A DNA stretch of 59,893 nucleotides, counting the filler. It is 4 parts of 4 records of this genome, joined end to end, with 100 filler letters (N's around TTAATTAATTAA, not from the genome) between each part and the next. Parts side by side here need not be neighbours in the genome. Positions count along the whole stretch, not along the records: positions 1 to 15,976 come from DRR723986_7435; positions 16,077 to 22,380 come from DRR723986_7439; 2 more parts are not named here. One strand, written 5' to 3'. The stretch's first letter is position 1; the number at the start of each line of letters is the position of its first letter. The position numbers and the translations under genes are program-made. Below, piece after piece: positions 10,218 through 18,931 of the stretch. The notes beneath the pieces were generated by a model. That model was not told the DNA's origin. It worked only from the letters and a program-made list of their open reading frames with translations, and made no database searches.

Positions 10218-11447
10218 ATGCTCAGTCTATGTTCATCTCGCGCAATTTGCTGCGTTTGGATTGTGCTCGCCATTGCAGCAGCGGAAACGTCGGTCGCTCA
10301 AGAACCCAACTTCGCGGGAATCGTTGACGCGAGCGGGTTTGCCAAACTCACAGGCAAACCAGCTCAGGCGAAAATCAAAGGGCGTGACACCGTCTACAAG
10401 GGGCAGTTTGGAACCGTCACTCCGTTAGTGCGAGGTGGATCGGCAATCAAGATGATCGAAATCCAGGAGGGCCGCCGAAAACGTCGCGTGAAGGCTGCTG
10501 AAATCGAAAGCCTCACCATTGGTGGCTCAGCCTACAGCTTGATGACATATGTACCAAACAACCGGTTGTTCCTTGTGAATCAAGACACCAGGCGGTCGGT
10601 CGCCAAACAACAGTTAGCTGCAACTAGAACTCGGCTGGCCCCCATACAACCACCCAATAACTTCCAAACGTATACGGAGCAGTTGCTACAGTTTGCCAAC
10701 GATGCTGCAGAACAACTCGGAGAAGAATTCAATGTGACTGAGTCACAGAATTTCATCATGCTGTCAGAGTTGCCGGAAACGTCCAACGAATCTTTTCAGC
10801 AGGCTGTTGAGAAACTCATCTCTGGACTGAATGATCAGTTTGGTGTCCAAACAATCGGTGTCGTCGGAAGTGGAAAGCCGGTGGTAGGTGTCTTCTTAAA
10901 TCGTGCCTCATTCGAAAAATTTGCCGCAGATCAACTGGAGCAAACGGGTGATATTCGAGGTCATGCGACGTTTTCTGACACCAAAGCAGGATTTGTATGT
11001 GCCGCTGAAGGAGCACGTTCGCCGCGGCAGTTGCTCTGGGAAACCGCCTGGGGGCTCACTGCACTTTACGTTGACCATGCACACTCTAGCCAGGAAATGC
11101 CTGATTGGTTTCGAGTTGGAATGCAGGGAGTGGTTGCCGATCAGATGTTCCCTGGCGTCAACAACGCTCGCATTGATCTTCAGCAGGCCAAGATGGCTCT
11201 ATTCCAGAACCGTTCACTTGAGGGGCTCTTTGTTGCGGATCGCATCGCCGCAGAGTGGGCCTCGGTCGCCAAGCAGCTTGTCGGCTTTATTGCAAAGGCA
11301 AGCCCAGAAGGGTTCGAACAAGTTTTCGAAGATATGAAATATGGCTTCGAGTTCGAGGATGCCGTGAAGACAACGTTTGGAATCGACAAAGCAACTCTGG
11401 TGGCAAACTTTGGCCGCTCGATGGGCTTGCCAGGCCTCAGGCCCTGA
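10218..11447 (+). CDS. Exported hypothetical protein with a degenerate peptidase-MA-like C-terminal region
   Basis: Signal peptide; MPDWFRVG resembles the PxWxxEG gluzincin motif, but there is no HExxH. Confidence 0.55.
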   Translation: MLSLCSSRAICCVWIVLAIAAAETSVAQEPNFAGIVDASGFAKLTGKPAQAKIKGRDTVYKGQFGTVTPLVRGGSAIKMIEIQEGRRKRRVKAAEIESLTIGGSAYSLMTYVPNNRLFLVNQDTRRSVAKQQLAATRTRLAPIQPPNNFQTYTEQLLQFANDAAEQLGEEFNVTESQNFIMLSELPETSNESFQQAVEKLISGLNDQFGVQTIGVVGSGKPVVGVFLNRASFEKFAADQLEQTGDIRGHATFSDTKAGFVCAAEGARSPRQLLWETAWGLTALYVDHAHSSQEMPDWFRVGMQGVVADQMFPGVNNARIDLQQAKMALFQNRSLEGLFVADRIAAEWASVAKQLVGFIAKASPEGFEQVFEDMKYGFEFEDAVKTTFGIDKATLVANFGRSMGLPGLRP

Positions 11448-11599
11448 TTGGCTCAGCCCTTCTTCCAGAACACGGGAGCATGCATATTTCCTATTGCCTA
11501 AGAGCCGTTAGGTGATGGTCGTGTCCGATCTGGAGATTGCAGTCGCAGATCGGTTGGCAAGTGGCAGATCTACCTTGCTTCACGCCCGGCTTCGGCGCA

Positions 11600-11720
11600 T
11601 GATAGAATGCTCCTTCCCACACCTACCCTCCCAAGCTTAGGCATACGATGACTGGCCAGTATCTTACTGGCGCAGTTCTTCATACGCTGCACGAGCCGCG
11701 GTCAACTTCCACGCTGGCCG
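11600..11720 (+). promoter_or_regulatory. Extended -10 (TGaTAGAAT) followed by a C-rich, hairpin-rich 5' leader
   Basis: TGATAGAAT at 11600-11608; CCCACACCTACCCTCCC; perfect stem GCCAGTA-tct-TACTGGC at 11655-11671 and two weaker stems up to about 11716. Confidence 0.4.
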
Positions 11721-11765
11721 AGGCGGTGTATCTATCATTCGTAAGCTCAGAGAGAATCATTTCGG

Positions 11766-14192
11766 ATGAAGACAAAGAACATAGACCTTCACGCGCATCG
11801 CTTGCTTCTTATTGCGGTCAGCCTCATCGCGCCAAGCGTCGCTCAGTCGGCTGAAGTTGATTACGCCGGTGAGATTCAAACAGTGCTTGCTCGGCGTTGC
11901 TACTCATGCCACGGCCCTGATACGCAGGAAGGAGCCATTCGTTTTGACCTGCGGGATACGCTCGTCGACGAAGCGGACAGTGGCGAGCGGGCAATTGTTC
12001 CAGGCAAACCAGATGACAGCGAGTTGCTCCGTCGCGTGACATCCGATGACGAGTACGAACGGATGCCACCCGAGGGCAAGCCACTCAACGAAGCAGAAGT
12101 CGCGGCGCTTCGGGCGTGGATTGAGCAAGGTGCCGAGTTTGAGCAACACTGGGCGTTTAAGCCAGTTCAGCGTCCGGCCACCCCAGCAGTCCAGCAGCAT
12201 GAGTGGCCTCGTTCACCGATCGACGCATTTGTTCTGTCGAAGTTGGAAGACAAGGGGCTGCCTCATTCCGACGAGGCTACGCCCGAAGTGCTCGTCCGGC
12301 GGCTCTATGTCGATTGCACTGGCCTTCCGCCCACGCCCGAACAGCTCGAAAGCCATACGCGGGATTGGTCGGAGGCAAAATATGTCGCTCTCGTTGATCG
12401 GCTCCTGGCTGACCCTGCCTTTGGGGAGCGTTGGGCGCGAATGTGGCTGGACGTCGTTCGATATGCGGAAACCAACAGCTTCGAACGTGACAGTGCCAAA
12501 CCGAACGCATGGAAGTACCGCGACTATGTCATCCGCAGCTTCAACGGCGACAAGCCCTACGACCAATTCGTCCGCGAACAACTCGCCGGTGATGAGCTAG
12601 ACGCGATCACGCCCGACTCGCTCACTGCCACCGGCTACTACCGCCTGGGTATCTGGGATGATGAACCTGCAGACCCGCTTCAGGCTCGCTTTGATGAATA
12701 CGATGATCTGGTCACAACGACATCGCAAGGGTTCTTGGCTCTAACACTCAATTGCGCTCGATGTCACGACCACAAGATTGATCCGCTTACTCAAAAAGAC
12801 TACTACGCGATGGTTGCCTTCATGAGGGACGTGACTCCCTATGGAACACGGGGGGACCAGCGGACGTTTAATCAACGTGACCTCGCACCTGAAATCGCCC
12901 GTCAATATGAGCAAGCTGAATCGCGGCTCAAGGAAGTCAATAAACGGACTCGCGCCATTGAACAGAAAGCGATCAAGAGAATGGATGGCCCTGATCAAAG
13001 GGCAACCGAAGGACCGCGCCGACAGAAGGTGTTGAAGGAAAAGCTCGAGCAGTACGTTGAACCAGCGCAGTGGCAGAAGTACCAGGCACTTGTTCAAGAG
13101 CGAGACGGACTGAACAGCCTGATCGCAGAATTGCCACCGCGCGAAACTGTCCTTGGGCTCGGCAAGCTGACCCCACAACCCGATCCAACTTACGTGCTCA
13201 TGCGAGGCAGTCCTCACAGCCCTGGCGACGAGGTCCAGCCAGTATTCCCGAAGCTCATCGGTGGCGGGCAACCGACGATCCCTGAAGCTCAAGCGGACGA
13301 TTTGAGCGCTGGCCGGCGGCGCGAGTTGGCCGACTGGATCGCCTCAAAGGACAACTGGCTAACCAGTCGAGTCATCGCAAATCGTATCTGGGGGCACTAT
13401 TTCGGTCGCGGGATCGTGGCATCGCCGAACAACTTCGGTTTGATGGGCACGCCACCAACGCACCCGTTATTACTCGATCACCTGGCGAATCAACTGATGG
13501 ACGCCGATTGGTCGATGAAGTCGCTTCACCGATCCATCTTGCTGTCATCTACATATCGCATGAGCAGTGATTGGGACGATTCGGCGGGCGAAGTCGATCC
13601 ATCCAACCAATTGTTCTGGCGGCAGAATATCCGGCGGCTTTCTGCTGAACAAGTTCGCGACGGAGTATTGGCAGTTACCGGCCAACTGAACCGTGAATCC
13701 TATGGTCCAAGCATGTATCCGCAACTATCGGCGGAGGTCTTGGCGAGTCAGTCTCGACCGGGCAAAGGCTGGGGGAATTCGAGCGCGGCCCAGCGAGCTA
13801 AGCGGAGCGTTTACATTCATGTTAAGCGATCGCTACCGGTACCGCTGTTGACTGCCTTTGACTTCCCGGAAACAGACATTAGCTGCGAAGCGCGTTTCCT
13901 GACAACCCAGCCCGCTCAAGCCCTTACGATGATGAATGGCGCCTGGATGCAACAGCAGGCTGAAGCGCTCCTGCAACGTCTGGAGGCCGAGGTCGGCGAT
14001 GATCTTCAACGGCAAGCCCTCCGAGCGCTTCAGTTGACCGGAGCGACGCTCAACGCCGATGCATCGAATGTGGTTGAACTGGTGCAAATGGTTGAAACGC
14101 TGAAGACGACACATGGCGCCAGCGAACGTGACGCTCGACGAGCGATGTGTTTAGTTGCACTGAATACTAATGCATTCTTCTACCTTGATTAA
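11766..14192 (+). CDS. Planctomycete cytochrome c / DUF1549 (PSCyt2) / DUF1553 (PSD1) protein
   Basis: Signal peptide; CxxCH motifs RCYSCHG and CARCHDHK; HWAF, GERWARMWLDVVRYAE, PTHPLLLD, RRLSAEQVRD and PAQALTMMN. Confidence 0.93.
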   Translation: MKTKNIDLHAHRLLLIAVSLIAPSVAQSAEVDYAGEIQTVLARRCYSCHGPDTQEGAIRFDLRDTLVDEADSGERAIVPGKPDDSELLRRVTSDDEYERMPPEGKPLNEAEVAALRAWIEQGAEFEQHWAFKPVQRPATPAVQQHEWPRSPIDAFVLSKLEDKGLPHSDEATPEVLVRRLYVDCTGLPPTPEQLESHTRDWSEAKYVALVDRLLADPAFGERWARMWLDVVRYAETNSFERDSAKPNAWKYRDYVIRSFNGDKPYDQFVREQLAGDELDAITPDSLTATGYYRLGIWDDEPADPLQARFDEYDDLVTTTSQGFLALTLNCARCHDHKIDPLTQKDYYAMVAFMRDVTPYGTRGDQRTFNQRDLAPEIARQYEQAESRLKEVNKRTRAIEQKAIKRMDGPDQRATEGPRRQKVLKEKLEQYVEPAQWQKYQALVQERDGLNSLIAELPPRETVLGLGKLTPQPDPTYVLMRGSPHSPGDEVQPVFPKLIGGGQPTIPEAQADDLSAGRRRELADWIASKDNWLTSRVIANRIWGHYFGRGIVASPNNFGLMGTPPTHPLLLDHLANQLMDADWSMKSLHRSILLSSTYRMSSDWDDSAGEVDPSNQLFWRQNIRRLSAEQVRDGVLAVTGQLNRESYGPSMYPQLSAEVLASQSRPGKGWGNSSAAQRAKRSVYIHVKRSLPVPLLTAFDFPETDISCEARFLTTQPAQALTMMNGAWMQQQAEALLQRLEAEVGDDLQRQALRALQLTGATLNADASNVVELVQMVETLKTTHGASERDARRAMCLVALNTNAFFYLD

Positions 14193-14246
14193 CTCAAATC
14201 CATTCGCTGCTCCTGCACGATGGTTCCGATTGATGGGAAGTAACAC

Positions 14247-15710
14247 ATGAGCCAAGTACCTCACAAGCAATTCTGTGGCCGAACGCGGCGTGAGTTCCTG
14301 TGGCAAACGGGGGCGGGATTTGGAGCGGTTGGGTTAACGAGCCTGCTGTCCGACGACGGGTTCTTTGCTCAAGCTCAGGCGGCGGATGCGGAGGCCGCAA
14401 CTGGTCCACTGGCCGTTCGCCAGCCGCATTTTGCGCCCAAGGCAAAGAGCATCATTTTTCTGTTCATGTATGGCGGCCCCAGTCACATCGATACGTTCGA
14501 CTACAAGCCGAGCATGGTTGGCATGGACGGCAAGACCGTAGACGTAAAGACGTTCGGGCGAGGCGGCCATCGCAATCAAGGGCGAATCGTCGAACCGCGG
14601 TGGAAATTCAAGCAGTACGGTGAGTCCGGAAAGTGGGTTAGCGATCTATTCCCAAATGTTGCCGAGTGCGTTGATGACATCGCGTTCTTGAGCTCCATGA
14701 CGGCGGACTCACCGATTCACGGGTCCGCAATGTTGATGATGAATTCCGGCAAAATCTTGAGCGGGTCGCCCGCCCTCGGCTCCTGGGTAAACTACGGCCT
14801 TGGGACCGTCAATCAAAACCTTCCCGGTTTTGTGGTTATGCTCGATCCGACCGGCGGCCCAATCAGCGGGGCGAAGAACTGGTCGAGTGGCTACATGCCG
14901 GCGACTTATGCTGGGACGGTTTTGAGATCATCGGGAAGCCCAATTCTTGATCTTCAGCCGCCTGAGGGGACGAGCCGATCTGTTCAGCGAACGATGCTAG
15001 ACTCGCTTGCGCAGATTAACGGTCGCCATGCCAACCAACGCAATGGGGAAAGTGATCTCGTTTCGCGAATTCAGAGCTATGAACTTGCCTATAAGATGCA
15101 AGAGCATGCTCCCGAGGCAGTAGACTTGGCAGATGAAGACGCAGAAACGCTGGCCATGTACGGCGCTGATCAACCCAAGACGGAGGATTTCGGTAGGCGT
15201 TGCATTATAGCTCGACGTTTGGTGGAACGAGGTGTTCGTTGCATCCAGCTTTACAGTGGCGGTGCGCACAATGATGACAACTGGGATGCTCACGGCGACC
15301 TCGAAGTAAACCACAATAAGCACGCTGGAGCGACAGACAAACCCGTTGCCGCACTGCTCAAGGATCTGAAACGGCGTGGCCTGCTGGATAGTACGCTCGT
15401 TGTTTGGGGCGGCGAGTTTGGTCGTCAACCAACGGCAGAGTATGCAAAAGGCAGTGGCCGCGACCACAACTCTTATGGCTTTACGATGTGGATGGCTGGC
15501 GGTGGCATTAAAGGTGGTGTTACAGTTGGAACGACCGACGAACTGGGGGCGGCCGCAGTCGAGAAGCCGATGCATGTGAAGCGACTGCACGCCACGATTC
15601 TTCAACAACTTGGTCTCGATCCCAATCGCCTCAGCTACTTCTATAGCGGTTTGGATCAGAAATTGGTCGGTGTCGAACACGTGGAGCCGATCCACGAGAT
15701 CATCGCTTGA
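14247..15710 (+). CDS. DUF1501 family protein (sulfatase-like fold, Tat signal)
   Basis: TRREFL twin-arginine motif; FLFMYGGPSHIDTFDYKP, ARRLVERGVR, WDAH, GEFGR and GRDH; usual partner of DUF1549/1553. Confidence 0.93.
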   Translation: MSQVPHKQFCGRTRREFLWQTGAGFGAVGLTSLLSDDGFFAQAQAADAEAATGPLAVRQPHFAPKAKSIIFLFMYGGPSHIDTFDYKPSMVGMDGKTVDVKTFGRGGHRNQGRIVEPRWKFKQYGESGKWVSDLFPNVAECVDDIAFLSSMTADSPIHGSAMLMMNSGKILSGSPALGSWVNYGLGTVNQNLPGFVVMLDPTGGPISGAKNWSSGYMPATYAGTVLRSSGSPILDLQPPEGTSRSVQRTMLDSLAQINGRHANQRNGESDLVSRIQSYELAYKMQEHAPEAVDLADEDAETLAMYGADQPKTEDFGRRCIIARRLVERGVRCIQLYSGGAHNDDNWDAHGDLEVNHNKHAGATDKPVAALLKDLKRRGLLDSTLVVWGGEFGRQPTAEYAKGSGRDHNSYGFTMWMAGGGIKGGVTVGTTDELGAAAVEKPMHVKRLHATILQQLGLDPNRLSYFYSGLDQKLVGVEHVEPIHEIIA

Positions 15711-15786
15711 CATCTGCAGTGCGGATTCAGCACCCGCTAGATCGAGATACGAATAGACCGCATTCCCCTGCATGATTGTGGGCTGT

Positions 15787-15976
15787 ATATCAGCCGCTGG
15801 GCGCCAGACCGCGGTTTCCACGCTTCGCCGAATCGCAACGATCCAACGCGTTTCATCGCCGCTCGGCCGCTGACGCGTCGTGGCTCACATGAGCTCCTCG
15901 CGAGCTTATCCACCGCCCAGCTTTTAGCCCACGCTTCCTACTCAGAATATCAGCCGCTGGGCGCCAGCCCGCGGTT
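15787..15976. repeat. REP/BIME-like cluster: two direct 30-bp repeats with a degenerate inverted copy between them
   Basis: ATATCAGCCGCTGGGCGCCAG(A/C)CCGCGGTT at 15787-15816 and 15947-15976 (29/30 identical, 160-bp period); inverted degenerate copy at 15861-15890 (16-17/30); the contig ends at the second copy. Confidence 0.7.
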
Positions 15977-16076
15977 NNNNNNNNNNNNNNNNNNNNNNNN
16001 NNNNNNNNNNNNNNNNNNNNTTAATTAATTAANNNNNNNNNNNNNNNNNNNNNNNNNNNNNNNNNNNNNNNNNNNN
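15977..16076. other. Artificial contig linker
   Basis: N44-TTAATTAATTAA-N44 (stops in all six frames); gene content changes lineage across it. Confidence 0.98.
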
Positions 16077-16684
16077 CCCGCCACGCCTTCGTCGAAGGAA
16101 TGAAAGACGGTACGCTGCCCCGCGAGTCGTTCTTGCACTATCTGCGGCAGGACTATGTGTTCCTTATCCATTTCTCACGCGCTTGGGCATTGGGTGTGGT
16201 TAAGGCAGAAACCCACGAAGAGATGCTTGCTGCTTCGGCCACGGTCAATGGCTTGATCAGCGAAGAGATGAAGCTGCATATCGGTGTGTGTGCCGAGGCA
16301 GGCATTTCGCAGGAAGCACTGTTTGCCACGCCCGAGCGGCCTGAAAACCTAGCTTACACGCGCTTTGTGCTCGAAGCGGGGTATTCGGGTGATTTCCTGA
16401 CGCTGTTGGCCGCATTGGCTCCTTGTGCAATGGGTTATGCTGAAATTGGTGCACGGCTATCGCAAGAGGCAACCAGCGAAACCTATCGTGACTGGATCAA
16501 CACCTATGCGGGTGAGGATTATCAAGCCTCCATCCAGTCCGTTGGTGCGTTGTTAGAGGGGGCATTGGTTCATCGTTTGGGTGAAAACTATGACCAACTG
16601 CCGTGTTGGAAAGGGCTGTGTCAGACCTTTGCCACAGCAACGCAGCTCGAAGTTGGGTTTTGGGAAATGGGCATGACCCCGTGA
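16077..16684 (+). CDS. tenA: TenA thiaminase II / aminopyrimidine aminohydrolase (5'-truncated)
   Basis: Frame open from the contig edge (RHAFVEGMKDGTL); YLRQDY, catalytic Cys in LAPCAMGY, WINTY and QLEVGFW. Confidence 0.9.
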
Positions 16685-17409
16685 AACTGGCACCCGAAAT
16701 CACCTTTGTAGGGCAGGCGCATATTGGAACCGGGCAGTTGTTTGCACCGCTTTCACTGACGTTGCCGGCTGGGCAGTGGACCTGTTTGTTGGGGGGATCG
16801 GGTGTTGGAAAATCAACTGTACTCCGGCTTATGGCCGGGTTGCAGACGGGGGCGGTCTTTGACGGTACAATCCGGGCTTCGGACGGTGCTGATCTCGCCC
16901 CCCGCATATCCTATATGGCGCAGGATGATCTGTTACTGCCTTGGGCCACAGTGACCCAGAACATCACCTTGGGGGCACGCCTGCGCGGCGAAAAACCCGA
17001 TCAAGCGCGCTTGCAGCGTTTGCTCAAACGGGTTCGGTTGACGGATCACGCGCTTAAAAAGCCCGATCAATTGTCTGGGGGGCAACGCCAACGGGTGGCG
17101 CTGGCACGGACGCTGATGGAGGACAAACCCGTCATCTTGTTGGACGAACCGTTTTCAGCTCTGGATGCCCAAACACGGGCGGATATGCAGGAGCTTGCTG
17201 TCGAATTGCTGGCCGGGCGTACGGTGTTGTTGGTCACCCACGATCCGGGTGAGGCCGCGCGGCTTGGGCATGTGATCGTGGTGATGGAGCAATCCGGTTT
17301 AACGCATTGCGCGCCGCCAGATGCAGATGTTCCACGTCAAGTGGATGATCTGGAAACCTTGGCCGCACAGGCATCGCTTTTGCGTCTGCTAAGGGGGGAG
17401 GCTGCATGA
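16681..17409 (+). CDS. ABC transporter ATP-binding protein (thiamine/HMP precursor uptake, ThiZ-like)
   Basis: Walker A GGSGVGKS, LSGGQRQR, LLDEPFSALD and VTHD; GTG at 16681 overlaps the tenA stop (GTGA). Confidence 0.88.
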   Translation: MKLAPEITFVGQAHIGTGQLFAPLSLTLPAGQWTCLLGGSGVGKSTVLRLMAGLQTGAVFDGTIRASDGADLAPRISYMAQDDLLLPWATVTQNITLGARLRGEKPDQARLQRLLKRVRLTDHALKKPDQLSGGQRQRVALARTLMEDKPVILLDEPFSALDAQTRADMQELAVELLAGRTVLLVTHDPGEAARLGHVIVVMEQSGLTHCAPPDADVPRQVDDLETLAAQASLLRLLRGEAA

Positions 17410-18140
17410 GGTATCTCCCCGCACTGGCCGCAGCGGTGTTTGCAGTGGCTATCTGGCAGAGTGTTGTCAGCCTGACTGACCTGCCGAAATTCATCCTGCC
17501 GGGGCCCTTGTTGGTGGCGGAAACGTGGTGGAAAAGCCGCTGGTTGATCGCAGAACATACCCTGACGACGGGTATCGAGGTCCTGATTGGGTTAGCCGCT
17601 GGGGCTGCTTTGGGGATCATAACTGCGATCCAGCTGGCTACATCGCGTGTGGCGCGGGTACTGATGCAGCCAATGTTGGTCTTTACGCAGGCGTTGCCAG
17701 TGTTTGCCTTGGCTCCGATTCTGACCCTGTGGCTGGGTTACGGGCTGTGGTCCAAGGTCGCGATGGCGGTGTTGATTATCTACTTCCCTGTGACGTCTTC
17801 GTTCTTTGATGGGTTGATGCGCACACCGCCGGGATATCTGGATCTGGCGCGTACGATGCAGGCAACTCCGCGTGCAATATTGTGGAATATCCGGGTTCCT
17901 GCCGCGCTTCCGAATTTGGCGTCTGGGTTACGCTTGGCCGCTGTCTATGCGCCGATTGGGGCTGTGATTGGCGAATGGGTCGGTGCCTCCAAAGGATTGG
18001 GGTATTTAATGTTGCTGGCCAATGGGCGCGCTAAAACGGACTTGATGTTCGCCGCCATGTTGACCCTTGGGGTGTTGTCGGTGTTGCTGCATATCGCTGT
18101 GCGAAAGGCGACAGCGCGGATGGCGGGCGAGGCGCGTTAA
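17406..18140 (+). CDS. ABC transporter permease (SsuC/ThiX-like)
   Basis: FILPGP, multiple TM helices, EAA-loop equivalent LDLARTMQA and GEWVGASKGLG; ATGA overlap with the ATPase gene. Confidence 0.88.
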   Translation: MRYLPALAAAVFAVAIWQSVVSLTDLPKFILPGPLLVAETWWKSRWLIAEHTLTTGIEVLIGLAAGAALGIITAIQLATSRVARVLMQPMLVFTQALPVFALAPILTLWLGYGLWSKVAMAVLIIYFPVTSSFFDGLMRTPPGYLDLARTMQATPRAILWNIRVPAALPNLASGLRLAAVYAPIGAVIGEWVGASKGLGYLMLLANGRAKTDLMFAAMLTLGVLSVLLHIAVRKATARMAGEAR

Positions 18141-18175
18141 CCTTCTGGAAACCGATTCGGGCCAAGGGTTAAGGG

Positions 18176-18931
18176 ATGTCACAGGATGCCTTTGCCGAAG
18201 CCCCGATGCTATTTGACACTGACGAAGCGCCGATGGTGGAATTGCCGTCGGGCGGTTTGCCGTCCTATATCAAGGATCATCGCCAGCGATTACGGGATCG
18301 GTTTATGCAAGGTGGTGCGGCCGCAATGCCGGACTATGAGCTGCTAGAACTCGTTTTATTTCGATCCATTCCCCGCAAGGACGTGAAACCGTTGGCGCGG
18401 TTGTTGCTCGATCAGTTCGGGGACTTCAACCGCGTTCTCACCGCTCCAATCGAGCGGCTACAGGATGTGAAGGGGATTGGGGATGCCGTAATCACCGACC
18501 TTAAGATTCTAGAGGCTGCTGCCCATCGTATGGCGCGTGCCAAAGTGATGCAGCGCCATGTGATGTCAGGCTGGGATGCGTTGTTGGACTATTGCCACAC
18601 GACGATGGCTCATCGTGAGACGGAACAGTTCCGGGTGTTCTATCTGGATCGCAAGAACGTGATCATCGCGGACGAAGAGCAAGCCAAAGGTACAGTCGAT
18701 CATGTGCCGGTCTATCCCCGTGAGGTGGCCAAGCGGGCCTTGGAATTGAATGCGTCGGCCTTGATCCTTGTCCACAATCACCCATCTGGGGACCCAACGC
18801 CCTCACAGGCGGATATCGACATGACACAGCGTATTCAGAACGCTTGCACCGCGTTAGGGATCACGCTGCATGACCATCTGATCATTGGCAAATCGACCGA
18901 GCTTAGCTTTCGCTCAGACGGCTATCTCTAA
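18176..18931 (+). CDS. radC: RadC family JAB-domain protein
   Basis: HRQRLRDRF, DYELLELVL, HhH VKGIG, GTVDHVPVYPREV, HNHPSGDPTPSQAD and HDHLII. Confidence 0.93.
   Translation: MSQDAFAEAPMLFDTDEAPMVELPSGGLPSYIKDHRQRLRDRFMQGGAAAMPDYELLELVLFRSIPRKDVKPLARLLLDQFGDFNRVLTAPIERLQDVKGIGDAVITDLKILEAAAHRMARAKVMQRHVMSGWDALLDYCHTTMAHRETEQFRVFYLDRKNVIIADEEQAKGTVDHVPVYPREVAKRALELNASALILVHNHPSGDPTPSQADIDMTQRIQNACTALGITLHDHLIIGKSTELSFRSDGYL

Noticed and set aside
15787-15976. 30-bp direct repeats as a CRISPR array
   Set aside because: Only two copies, a 130-bp interval containing an inverted copy, and no cas genes; REP/BIME fits better.
16021-16032. TTAATTAATTAA (also 22425 and 41238) as a biological motif or CtrA site
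   Set aside because: Centred in identical N runs; an artificial six-frame-stop linker.
16077-16100. TPP riboswitch for the tenA-ABC operon
   Set aside because: Expected from pathway knowledge, but the operon start lies beyond the contig edge and is not in the sequence.
18176-18931. radC as a marker of a mobile element
   Set aside because: It is the full-length chromosomal form with an HhH region, among housekeeping genes, with no integrase or transposase.
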